A program made the translations under genes and the position numbers. Below are positions 49,958 to 59,411 of a stretch of DNA of 64,000 bases, piece by piece; within the stretch, counting starts at the first letter, position 1; each line of letters starts with the position of its first letter. The DNA comes from a candidate division WOR-3 bacterium (lineage in GTDB: Bacteria > Hydrothermota > Hydrothermia > B15-G9), in NCBI GenBank assembly GCA_015489175.1, contig WGAI01000067.1:1799-65798 (forward strand). Reading direction: 5' to 3'. Under the pieces are notes generated by a model, which saw only the letters and a list, made by a program, of their open reading frames with translations, was not told the origin of the DNA and made no database searches.

Positions 49958-50419
49958 GACTGACCTCCGCATTTTGTTCAGGCTATTATACAACAGCCAA
50001 TTTTCAATTTCTCAAGCGGATAAGTTGGTTAGGTTGGCGGTGAGGCTAATTCCCCCCCCTAACCGGGCAACGATTGAAAAAAGAGAGGGCATTCATCAAG
50101 CGGATGATGGAATTACGGTTGAGACCCTGATTGAAAAGATTCCAATACCTTGATAATTAAAGGCATACGAAATATGAAAAGAACTCTCTCCATGGAATAC
50201 TTGAAGAATATGGGCTTGTATGAGCGCCACTCAGGGTGCAAGAATTGGTTCTGTTACCAATATGTTGGATTTAATTTCGACTATGGAACATATACGGAGA
50301 TTTTTAAGCATGTCTTGAAAGAAACACAGAGAAATTACCTGATAAGTAAGAATTAGATTTGAGTTCTTAATTGAAGCCTGTAAATTATTGCATGGAAAAT
50401 ATAGAAAGGAGGTGTAATT

Positions 50420-50812
50420 ATGGCAGATGAAAAAATATTTTACAGTGACAATAAAGGGGTAAAGGTTACAAACACGAGATTTATTGTGGGACGAACAACT
50501 TATCCTATCGCAGCGATTACTTCCATCACAACTTTAAAGATCCCGGCTAAAAGGGACACTGCCATCTGGATGATTGCCATAGGAGCTTTGGTTGTAATTT
50601 TTGGATTCCCGCTTAATTACATTGCAGGTGTCCTGGGAATTGCTGTTCTGACTATGGGAGTGATGCAATTTTTCAAGATTAAAGATACTCACATCCTGAA
50701 AATTTCTACTGCTGCCGGTGAAATTGAAGTAGTGAAGTCAACGGGAGATCCAGATCGTATTCAGAATATTGCGCGTGCCCTTAATGAAGCTATTGCTCAG
50801 AGAGGTTACTGA
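50420..50812 (+). CDS. Small membrane protein, DUF6232-like
   Basis: VKVTNTRFIV...TYPIAAITS, two TM segments, IARALNEAI; RBS AAGGAGGTG. Confidence 0.7.
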   Translation: MADEKIFYSDNKGVKVTNTRFIVGRTTYPIAAITSITTLKIPAKRDTAIWMIAIGALVVIFGFPLNYIAGVLGIAVLTMGVMQFFKIKDTHILKISTAAGEIEVVKSTGDPDRIQNIARALNEAIAQRGY

Positions 50813-51068
50813 TGTATTTTAAATGCTTAGTAAAATTTAACTTCACTTTACATAAGGCCAAGTTACGGGGTAAGGCCGTTGGCGCTTGTTTCTGCTGTGT
50901 TTAAGCCTCTTGAAATAGGATAGCAAGCGGAGTTGGTTTGTTGAGGATAATCAAATGCTTCACTATGTTTTGAGCGGTATTTCCAACGCTTGCCTAAATA
51001 AAAAGCCTTTCCAGCTAAAGATTAACCTGGGCAGTGTCCTGCAATTCCACGGTCAGAACAAGCACCTC

Positions 51069-52184
51069 TCACACCGTCAAATTCATCTCAGTTTCGTGGT
51101 CGAAGATGTGGATTTTGTCCATGTTGAAGTGGAGTTCCAGCACATCTCCCGATTGCGGCGGATTGTATGGGGGGATTCTCGATATAAATGCGTTTCCGTG
51201 CTCGGTGTTGTAGTAAACCAAAATCTCATTTCCGAGCGTCTCAACGAAGTCCACCCTGGCCTTCACGGAATGGATGTTGTTCTCCTTCGGAGAGATATCC
51301 GGCAGGTATATATCCTCAGGCCTTATTCCGAGATAGACTTCCTTGCCAGTAGCATCTTTCTCCTTCAATTTCTGAGCTTTCGAGTCAGGAATTGGCAGTT
51401 TGAAATCGTCGTTCACGAAATAGATGGTTCCGCCCTCTTCTTGCAATTTGCCCTCAAAGAAGTTCATGGGCGGAGAACCGATAAAGCCAGCGACGAATTT
51501 GTTAACCGGTCTGTGATAGAGGTTGAGCGGGTCATCGATCTGCTGTATCTCGCCGGCCCTCATGAGAATGATCTTGTCGCCAAGCGTCATCGCCTCAACC
51601 TGATCATGGGTGACATAGATGGATGTAGCATTGAGCCGTTGATGGAGTTTTGCGATCTCAGCGCGCATCTTGACCCTCATTTTGGCGTCCAGGTTGGAAA
51701 GCGGCTCATCGAAAAGGAAGACTTTTGGGTGACGGACGATCGCCCTGCCGAGTGCCACACGCTGGCGCTGACCACCGGATAGCTCGCGCGGCTTGCGGTC
51801 TAACAGATGCTCAATTCCAAGAATTTTGGCTGCCTCCTCGACGCGCTTCTTGATCTCATCCTTGGGCACTTTGCGCATTTTTAGCCCGAACGCCATGTTG
51901 TCGAACACACTCATGTGAGGGTAAAGAGCATAGTTCTGAAAGACCATGGCAATGTCGCGATCCTTCGGAGGAATGTCGTTTACGAGTTTGCCTCCGATGT
52001 AAATCTCTCCGGAAGTGACTTTCTCGAGGCCAGCAATCAACCTTAGCGTTGTGGTCTTACCGCAACCGGATGGGCCGAGAATGACTGCAAATTCACCATC
52101 TTCCACCGTGAAAGTCGCATCTTTTACGCCTACATTGCCTCTTTCAAATATCTTTGTTACCTTAACGAGATCAACTTTGGCCAT
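51069..52184 (-). CDS. Sugar ABC transporter ATP-binding protein (MalK/UgpC type)
   Basis: GPSGCGKTT, VFQNYALYPHM, LSGGQRQR, DEPLSNLD, FIGSPPMN, GIRPED. Confidence 0.95.
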   Translation of the reverse strand: MAKVDLVKVTKIFERGNVGVKDATFTVEDGEFAVILGPSGCGKTTTLRLIAGLEKVTSGEIYIGGKLVNDIPPKDRDIAMVFQNYALYPHMSVFDNMAFGLKMRKVPKDEIKKRVEEAAKILGIEHLLDRKPRELSGGQRQRVALGRAIVRHPKVFLFDEPLSNLDAKMRVKMRAEIAKLHQRLNATSIYVTHDQVEAMTLGDKIILMRAGEIQQIDDPLNLYHRPVNKFVAGFIGSPPMNFFEGKLQEEGGTIYFVNDDFKLPIPDSKAQKLKEKDATGKEVYLGIRPEDIYLPDISPKENNIHSVKARVDFVETLGNEILVYYNTEHGNAFISRIPPYNPPQSGDVLELHFNMDKIHIFDHETEMNLTV

Positions 52185-53028
52185 TTTCTTTATTCCCCTC
52201 CAGAATGTCCAGTATTTTCACAATGTTTTCCTTCAACTCTGTTCTTGGAACGACCATATCGATCATTCCATGTTCGAGCAAAAATTCGGAACGCTGGAAC
52301 CCTTTTGGAAGTTCCTGGCGGATTGTGTCCCTGATCACGCGTGGCCCGGCGAATCCGAGCAACGCCTCTGGCTCTGCGATTAACACATCTCCCAGAGACG
52401 CAAATGAGGCCATAACGCCGCCCATCGTGGGGTGCGTAAGGACGACGATGTAAGGAATGCCGGCCTCTTCAAGCTCAAGGGCAGCGAGGCTGGTTTTAAC
52501 CATCTGCATCAGCGAGATTATGCCCTCGTGCATCCTTGCGCCGCCACCGGAAGCCGTTATCGCCACAAGAGGAATGCCCAGCTCAATGGCTTTCTGTGCA
52601 GCACGATAGAACTTTTCACCAACAACCGAGCCCATCGAACCGCCCATAAACCCGAAGTCGGTAATGAACATAACTACTTTTTTGCCGCCCATGTGTCCTA
52701 CGCCGGCGATAGCAGCCTCTTTCAAACCGGTTTTGCGCTGCGACTTCTCTATTTTGGCTTTGTAATCGGGGAAATCGAGAGGGTCAAGAGACTCCAGATT
52801 GGGTGCAATTTCCTCGTCGAAATCGCCATTGTCCAGCATGATTTCCTTGTATTTGAGCGCGCCGATGCGAAAGTGATAACCACACTTGGGACAGACCCAC
52901 AGGTTGCGCTCAAGTTGTGCCCGATAGAGTATCTCTCCGCACTTATCGCATTTATACCAGAGTCCATCGGGGAGCTGTTTCCTTTCGCTCTCAAGGCCGA
53001 GCGACTTCCGTTTCCTGAATAGAAGCAT
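52171..53028 (-). CDS. accD: Acetyl-CoA carboxylase carboxyltransferase beta subunit
   Basis: LWYKCDKC...CPKC zinc finger, FMGGSMG, GGARMHEG, FAGPRVI, FQRSEFLLEHG. Confidence 0.96.
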   Translation of the reverse strand: MLLFRKRKSLGLESERKQLPDGLWYKCDKCGEILYRAQLERNLWVCPKCGYHFRIGALKYKEIMLDNGDFDEEIAPNLESLDPLDFPDYKAKIEKSQRKTGLKEAAIAGVGHMGGKKVVMFITDFGFMGGSMGSVVGEKFYRAAQKAIELGIPLVAITASGGGARMHEGIISLMQMVKTSLAALELEEAGIPYIVVLTHPTMGGVMASFASLGDVLIAEPEALLGFAGPRVIRDTIRQELPKGFQRSEFLLEHGMIDMVVPRTELKENIVKILDILEGNKENGQS

Positions 53029-53034
53029 GCGCTT

Positions 53035-53064
53035 ATTATACCCGTGCTCAGGATAATGTGTCAA
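53035..53064 (-). promoter_or_regulatory. Consensus sigma70 promoter for accD
   Basis: TTGACA-N18-TATAAT, 6 nt before ATG 53028. Confidence 0.75.
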
Positions 53065-53135
53065 ATGGGATGTAAGTTCTTTATTTTTCGAGAGATGAGG
53101 TTATTTTTAGATGATTTTAGGATTGTGGTGTATCC

Positions 53136-54218
53136 TTATCTTGGAGATAATGATTTGATGGAGAAATTGGCTCCTCGCTTTTCTATGCGAAACGACTTGC
53201 CCATAAATAGCTCGGTGATCCAGATATTGGTTTTGATGTGGTTTGTGACCTCTCGGACAATGATGCTGCCACCGACGAGCCCCATTAGCGGGATGAGGTT
53301 ATCTGCAAGGTTTACATCCACGCTCGAACCTACTTTTATGTCCGACAGCAACTTTTGGGCTGCTTCCTGCCCGATTTTCTCAGATGGCACGCCTCGCTTG
53401 CCTATGGCATCCGCCCCAAGGATGCCGTTGCCGGTGAATTCAGCTACGAGCGTGATCGCCGAGCCCGGTGAAAGCGCCCTTTCGTAACTGATGTGCCTAT
53501 CGATGGGACAATTCGCTTCTTTCATGACCGACTCTGCGGCCATAAGCTGGCGATGAGCTACTTTTCTTTCCTTGAGATGATGGGATGCCATGGAATAGAT
53601 GTTGATTTTTCTCAATTTCCCTCTGTCCATGAAGTCCAACGGGCCGACCATATCGTGAACGGTTTTTCTGAAATCGTCGAAATCGCCATGTTGAGACACA
53701 GCTGCGCCCGGCCTTATCAGAAATTCGACCTCCCCTCCACCTCTCGGGTAAAACCCTCTCCGAATGAGCCTTATCTCTATGCCGTGTGTAAAACGCGCGA
53801 CGATCGGGACGATCACATGTCTGAAATAGTCAAATGTCATGCTCATAGGCACATCTGTGCCGCCTCTCACCTTTATCGACACTCTGGAGCTTGCAAAAGC
53901 TGAAACCGGCAGGATGGTCTGCATGAAAAGTGTGATCGATCCTGCCGTTTGGAAATCAATTTCTATCCTTCCGCCGCGGATCTTGCCCGGCACAAATGTT
54001 ATCTCCGTGGAACCTTGCACTGCTCCTTCGATGTGGCTGGATGTGAGTTTTCTGAGTGCTTTGAGGATGTTTAGATGCTGAGGCTTGAGCCCCGGTTTCT
54101 TGCGCCCCTTCCTGATGTTAAAAGCGTGAAAAGGTTTGCCCGTCAGAAGGGACAGAAGGAGAGCTGTTCGGACTATCTGACCGCCTCCCTCGCCGTAGGA
54201 ACCGTCAATCTGAAGCAT
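53136..54218 (-). CDS. rtcA: RNA 3'-terminal phosphate cyclase
   Basis: IDGSYGEGGGQIVR, PGLKPQH, GGTDV, RGFYPRGGG, VDVNLADNL, TNHIKTN. Confidence 0.92.
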   Translation of the reverse strand: MLQIDGSYGEGGGQIVRTALLLSLLTGKPFHAFNIRKGRKKPGLKPQHLNILKALRKLTSSHIEGAVQGSTEITFVPGKIRGGRIEIDFQTAGSITLFMQTILPVSAFASSRVSIKVRGGTDVPMSMTFDYFRHVIVPIVARFTHGIEIRLIRRGFYPRGGGEVEFLIRPGAAVSQHGDFDDFRKTVHDMVGPLDFMDRGKLRKINIYSMASHHLKERKVAHRQLMAAESVMKEANCPIDRHISYERALSPGSAITLVAEFTGNGILGADAIGKRGVPSEKIGQEAAQKLLSDIKVGSSVDVNLADNLIPLMGLVGGSIIVREVTNHIKTNIWITELFMGKSFRIEKRGANFSIKSLSPR

Positions 54219-55566
54219 CTTCTTTTTTCTTGACCTTGATTTTCAATCCTTTAACGGCTTCCACAACGACAATTGTTCCCACAGGCAGCGGTTCGTCACT
54301 GTAAGCCTGCCACAGCTCGCCGTGGACGAGGACCATGCCTCCGCGAGGCGTTACATCCTGTTTAACTACTCCCTCTTCGCCTATCAGGCCTTCCATTCCG
54401 GTGACAGGTTTTCGCCTCATGACCTGAACAGCCTTGAAAATGACGAGGAAGAAAAGCGCTGCTGTAAGCGCAACGAACAGGGCGATCGTGCTGTAAGAAA
54501 CCCTGAATATCGGGTTTAAGTTTTTGTTAAACAATAAAATAGACCCCATAGTCAACGATATAAGCCCTCCTATGGCCAGCACACCATGCGATTGTATGTA
54601 AATCTCAGCGATGAAAAGCGCGAGTGCGAAAACCATGAGTGCGACGCCTGCGTAGTTGACGGGCAGTGTCTGAAAGGCGTAAAGCGCTAAAATCATGGAA
54701 ATTCCGCCGATCACGCCCGGAAAGATAGCGCCTGGGTGCGACAGCTCGAATATCAGCCCGTAGATGCCGATCATAAAGAGGATGTATGCGATGGATGGGT
54801 TCGCCAGGACCATCAAGAGCCTTTCCCTGAACGACATCGGCATATCGATTGTGTTTGCTGATGCGGTGTGAAGCCTGACATACCGGTTTTTTGTCTTTAC
54901 GACTTTGTTGTCAACAGAATCCAAAAGCTCATAGACATCTGTGGCTATCAGGTCGATAACATTCATCTGAAGCGCTTCATCTGCGGTCAGTGTTTCCGAG
55001 CTGCGGACGGCTTTTTCAGCCCATTTGATGTTGCGGCCGCGCTCCTTCGCAATCGATTTTATGAATGCAACGGCGTCGTTCTCGATCTTTTTCATCATCA
55101 CCGGATCGACCTTTGTGCTGTCCGAACCACCCTGAAACACTGGATGAGCCGCGCCAATATGTGTGCCGGGTGCCATTGCCGCTATGTTGGCCGCCATCGT
55201 GATGAATACGCCTGCCGACGCCGCCCGCGCACCTCGTGGATAGACGAACACGGCTATCGGCACGGTTGAGTTGAGCATGGATTCGACCATGATATGGGTG
55301 CTTTCATAAAGCCCGCCCGGCGTGTCCATCTTGAATATCACCAATTGGGCGTCACTGCGCTCGGCTTCCTCTATGACTCTTTGCATGTATTCGGACACGA
55401 CCGGGTTTATAACCCCGTTGATCTCGCCCACGAACACCGGACCGTCTAAATCAACTGTATCCTGAACTATAAAAAGATCAGTATCACCCTGAATCAGGAA
55501 AAAATTGGTATCACCAAAAGCGAAAAAGCTGAGTGCCAAATAAGTGATTAAATGCAAGTGCAGCAT
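54205..55566 (-). CDS. nfeD: NfeD long form (membrane-bound ClpP-class protease)
   Basis: MDTPGG, ARAASAG, IGAAHPV, TM bundle, TGMEGLIG...VHGELWQA. Confidence 0.92.
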   Translation of the reverse strand: MLHLHLITYLALSFFAFGDTNFFLIQGDTDLFIVQDTVDLDGPVFVGEINGVINPVVSEYMQRVIEEAERSDAQLVIFKMDTPGGLYESTHIMVESMLNSTVPIAVFVYPRGARAASAGVFITMAANIAAMAPGTHIGAAHPVFQGGSDSTKVDPVMMKKIENDAVAFIKSIAKERGRNIKWAEKAVRSSETLTADEALQMNVIDLIATDVYELLDSVDNKVVKTKNRYVRLHTASANTIDMPMSFRERLLMVLANPSIAYILFMIGIYGLIFELSHPGAIFPGVIGGISMILALYAFQTLPVNYAGVALMVFALALFIAEIYIQSHGVLAIGGLISLTMGSILLFNKNLNPIFRVSYSTIALFVALTAALFFLVIFKAVQVMRRKPVTGMEGLIGEEGVVKQDVTPRGGMVLVHGELWQAYSDEPLPVGTIVVVEAVKGLKIKVKKKEDASD

Positions 55567-55567
55567 C

Positions 55568-56761
55568 TCATTTTTCTTTTTGTTTCAGGTTGAATACATA
55601 TTCGGCGGCCTTCACGATCTTTTGGGCGCCCTTACGCAGGTTTTCCTCAGAAGTTGCATAGGAGATTCTTATATAACCCTCGCCGTAAAGCCCGAACGCC
55701 GATCCCGGCAGAACGGACACGCCATATCTGTCGAGGAGGATGTCGGTGAATTCGTAAGATGAAATTCCAAGCTTTTTGATGTTGGGAAACAGGTAAAATG
55801 CTCCTCTTGGCTGCTTGACGGTTATGTGCTTGGATTCTTCAAGTATTGAGATAAGCAAATCTCTGCGTTGCCTAAATTTTTCCACCATCCACCTCACAGG
55901 CTCCTGATCGCCCTTGAGAGCGGCTATGCCTGCCATCTGGACGAAAGGCGCAACGCAGGACACCGTTTCAGTTTGGAGTTTGATGATCTTGGGAATAATC
56001 TCGTCGGGAACGATGCCGTATCCAAGACGCCATCCGGTCATGGCATACGCCTTTGAAAAGCCATCGACGACGACGGTCCTTTCCTTCATCTTCGGGAGCG
56101 TGGCGATCGAAACATGCTCTCCTTCATAGAGCTGTCTTGAGTAGATTTCGTCGGATATGATGACGAGGTTGTATTTCTCAGCGATTTCGGCCACAGCCTC
56201 AAAATCTTTCATTGTGAGGATCGAGCCAGTGGGGTTGTGCGGCGTGTTCAGGATAATTATCCGCGTTCTGGATGATATGATGGATTCCAATTTATCGACA
56301 TCGAGCGCAAAGTCATTTTCCTCTTTGAGCTCAAGTGGAACCGGTTTGGCACCAGCGAGTTTGATCATTGAGCGATATGAAGTATAGCCCGGATCCGGAT
56401 AGATGACCTCATCGCCTTTCTGAGAGAGAACCATGATCGTGAAGAAAATCATCGGTTTGGCGCCCGGCGTAACGACGATGTTGTCGGGTGACGCGTCGAT
56501 ACCTTTCCTTGTTTTCTCATCCTCTGCGATTGCCTCTCTCAATTCGAGAAGGCCCTGTGGAGGCGCGTAATGGGTCAGGTTATCGTCGAGGGCCTTCTTA
56601 GCTGCCTCTTTGATATGTTCCGGAGTGTCGAAATCAGGCTCTCCGACTTCGAGGTGTATGATCTCTCTACCGCTTCGCTCCAGTTCTTTTGCCTTTCTGA
56701 GCATGTCAAATGACGACTTGGAGAGCCCCTTCATCCTGTCAGCTGTATGAAAATGGCTCAT
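55568..56761 (-). CDS. PLP-dependent aminotransferase class I/II (aspartate aminotransferase-like)
   Basis: GEPDFDTP, PHNPTG, SDEIY, FSKAYAMTGWRLG. Confidence 0.93.
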   Translation of the reverse strand: MSHFHTADRMKGLSKSSFDMLRKAKELERSGREIIHLEVGEPDFDTPEHIKEAAKKALDDNLTHYAPPQGLLELREAIAEDEKTRKGIDASPDNIVVTPGAKPMIFFTIMVLSQKGDEVIYPDPGYTSYRSMIKLAGAKPVPLELKEENDFALDVDKLESIISSRTRIIILNTPHNPTGSILTMKDFEAVAEIAEKYNLVIISDEIYSRQLYEGEHVSIATLPKMKERTVVVDGFSKAYAMTGWRLGYGIVPDEIIPKIIKLQTETVSCVAPFVQMAGIAALKGDQEPVRWMVEKFRQRRDLLISILEESKHITVKQPRGAFYLFPNIKKLGISSYEFTDILLDRYGVSVLPGSAFGLYGEGYIRISYATSEENLRKGAQKIVKAAEYVFNLKQKEK

Positions 56762-56786
56762 ATCGCCTCCTTGTTTTAGTTCAAAA

Positions 56787-56818
56787 CCCTTTCGGGAGGG
56801 ACAACCTCCGCAAAAGGG
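56787..56818 (-). terminator. Imperfect hairpin downstream of the 804-aa gene
   Basis: CCCTTTCGGGAGG-GACAA-CCTCCGCAAAAGGG; TTTT follows on the minus strand. Confidence 0.5.
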
Positions 56819-56868
56819 CAATCAAATGAACACCAGATAATGCTCGGGGTAACCTTTTGAAAAACAGC

Positions 56869-59283
56869 TTATTCAAGTCTTATTTTGACTCTTGGTTTGC
56901 GTATGATTTCACCGGTTTTCTTTGACCTGAAGCCTCTGGCTATCACATCGATGACAACCTGCCTCGTGCCGAACCCCTCCACATCCCATACTTCTACATT
57001 TTCAGCTTCCTCATCGGTAAGTGGTCTATTCATAGGAACCTCTATCTCTTCAATTCCAAGTAAGTTAAGGAATTCATCAAGCCTCTGTTTCATCTGTGGA
57101 TGAGCTGACATCGCATCGATCAACGGCAAGTAATCTTTGTAGTTCAACTCCTCTTCGATGTATTTTAGTGCTTCTGTAAGATCCTCGATGCTGGCCTCCA
57201 GTGCTTCAAATTCCATTCTGAGCTCTGCAGTCTCCGGTACCTGACCTGAGGCCACATCCTTTAAGACGCGCACTTGATTTTTGATCCTGTCCCATCCCTC
57301 GGCTATGTCAAGGAATTTCTGATAAGTATGCTGAAGTGCGAGTTTTTTGCTGGGCTCCGTTTCGCTCTCAATCATGCTTCTCGCAAGTATAGCGGCTTTG
57401 AGCATCGGGTTATCTTGCAACTTCTTGAGTTTCTGAGCAATTTCTGCCAGCATAGCCCGTATATTCTCAGGTTTCCTCTCAGGTGGCCTTGTAATTTCCT
57501 CAGGTTGGGGCGGTATCTGTTCGATTTCTGGCTGCTCGATTCTCGGTTGTTCGACTTCTTGAGGCTGTGCAGGTTCCGTCGGTGAAATCTCGATTATAGG
57601 CTCATTGTTAGGTGACAATGTGGATTCTGTTTCTACAGGTTTTACAGTGCTTGGGCCGAGTTCCTCGAACATCTCAGATGCTTCAGGCGGATTGCCGGCC
57701 AATTCTGTCTCATAAGATGGATAAGACTCTTCTTTTATAGTTCCAGGCTGAACAGGTTGTGGCGCCTGGATAGGAGCGGCTGCCGCATGGGTTGAGATGA
57801 ATTCTTTGACTTCCCGCAATTGGGTTCTTAGCTCCCCATTAAGCCTTGCAATTGCGTCCTCGGTGCTTTCTTTCACATCGTTTGTAGAACTATCGATCTG
57901 CACAGAAAGGGCCTGAACCAGTGTAAGCAGCCTGTTTATATTTTCTGACAATTTGGAGAATTGCGTGTCGAGTTGGGGCGAAACAGAGCTTTCAGTCGGC
58001 TTGTTGCTCAGCTCCTGAATAGTGCCCTTCAGGTCGTCGATAATGACATCAAAGTCCCTAATTTTTCTGTTTATCTTCGATACGCGGCTGTATGTGAGAT
58101 ACAGGAAGATGAGGATGGCGAGTAGGGCTATGATGAAGATGATAAGCAACGGTGTGCTGATGCCGCCACCTCCACCGCCACCCGAAGGAGTCCCTTCATC
58201 TATGGTGATAACTTCAGGTGATTCTTCACCGCCACCTCCACCGGTTTCGGTTGGAGTGGCCTCCATACCGCCTTCTGGAGGGGCAGCAGCTTCGCCGGTG
58301 GGTTGCGTTGTGTAGCCGAGTCCAGAGACCGGAGATACCTGAACGACGGACTGCATGCTCTTGCCGCCATTAAAGTAGAGGTAAACACCGACTACCTCTG
58401 ACCCTATCATGTTTTTGATGTCATCGGTGGTGGCGAAGGACAGGCCGATACTGTCAACGCCGTTGATCTCTTTGGGCAGCGGATCGATTACGGAGTAGGC
58501 GCCTTCGTATCCAATTATCTCTATGGAATCGAGTGTAACCTTCTGGTTGCTTTGCAAAACCAGATAGACCATTTCAGATGTAACTGTGAGTCTGAGCGGT
58601 TTTATCAGCGATGTATCAATTCCAGTGCCCATTCCGCCTGGTGTTTCAACTCCTCCTGCCCCCTCAGCAGGTGAAACAACGGCTCCACCGCCGCCTCCTG
58701 TCATGAGAGCAGCAAAGTCCGGGTCGGAAAACGCTTTCCTCAACGACCGTTTTACAGTTTGCGGTTTGACTTTGCTATCAGGTATTACGAAAAATGATTT
58801 AGCTGCAATGTAATAAGGGTCTTTGTCAGTCATTTTTTTGTAATTGACTATCACTATTGTCCCATCGCTATATGGAATTTCGTTTTTCTTTTGGGGAAAG
58901 TTCAAGGCAAGGAGGGTAATGATTTTCTTGGTTGTTTTGTCAAGACCCCTGTATTTTGTTTTATGTTTTGCCTTTGTGTTTAAAAGATTCTCAAAAGAGT
59001 TTACCGTTATTTTCTGGCCATCCGGAACAGTTATGCCCTCAGATGACAGAAGTGCAACCCAGAAGTTATGGTTTTTGGATAGCCAGTTCTGTTTCTCTGG
59101 ATCGAAGAGTCTTGCGCGTGGAGTATTGGAGGGGTTTTCCGACACAATCTTCATCGCTTTCCCAATGCGAACCCAGAAGACTGCTGAATCGCTTCTCACA
59201 ATGAAGGCTTTGTTTATGTCGTAAACTACAAAATAATTTGTAGCATTTACCAAACTTAAGAATATTAAGGTCACCCCGAGCAT
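56869..59283 (-). CDS. Hypothetical single-pass membrane protein with coiled coils and a GrpE-like C-terminus
   Basis: Signal peptide, Gly-rich linkers, TM PLLIIFIIALLAILIFLYL, coiled coil, Pro/Glu linker, LLGIEEIEV...VVIDVIARGFR...IIRKPRVKI. Confidence 0.7.
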   Translation of the reverse strand: MLGVTLIFLSLVNATNYFVVYDINKAFIVRSDSAVFWVRIGKAMKIVSENPSNTPRARLFDPEKQNWLSKNHNFWVALLSSEGITVPDGQKITVNSFENLLNTKAKHKTKYRGLDKTTKKIITLLALNFPQKKNEIPYSDGTIVIVNYKKMTDKDPYYIAAKSFFVIPDSKVKPQTVKRSLRKAFSDPDFAALMTGGGGGAVVSPAEGAGGVETPGGMGTGIDTSLIKPLRLTVTSEMVYLVLQSNQKVTLDSIEIIGYEGAYSVIDPLPKEINGVDSIGLSFATTDDIKNMIGSEVVGVYLYFNGGKSMQSVVQVSPVSGLGYTTQPTGEAAAPPEGGMEATPTETGGGGGEESPEVITIDEGTPSGGGGGGGISTPLLIIFIIALLAILIFLYLTYSRVSKINRKIRDFDVIIDDLKGTIQELSNKPTESSVSPQLDTQFSKLSENINRLLTLVQALSVQIDSSTNDVKESTEDAIARLNGELRTQLREVKEFISTHAAAAPIQAPQPVQPGTIKEESYPSYETELAGNPPEASEMFEELGPSTVKPVETESTLSPNNEPIIEISPTEPAQPQEVEQPRIEQPEIEQIPPQPEEITRPPERKPENIRAMLAEIAQKLKKLQDNPMLKAAILARSMIESETEPSKKLALQHTYQKFLDIAEGWDRIKNQVRVLKDVASGQVPETAELRMEFEALEASIEDLTEALKYIEEELNYKDYLPLIDAMSAHPQMKQRLDEFLNLLGIEEIEVPMNRPLTDEEAENVEVWDVEGFGTRQVVIDVIARGFRSKKTGEIIRKPRVKIRLE

Positions 59284-59411
59284 GAAAGGCCTCCTTTTTG
59301 TTGCTTTATTTTAATGTTTTTTTCTCTGACACTGCAAGGCTTGGAAATCATTATAGGCTATTTGGATATGTTCAGTATTGAGCATGGGCACCTTTAAAAC
59401 GGAACTGGATA

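Noticed and set aside
50955-51782. 275-aa plus-strand ORF
   Set aside because: Antisense shadow of the ABC ATPase.
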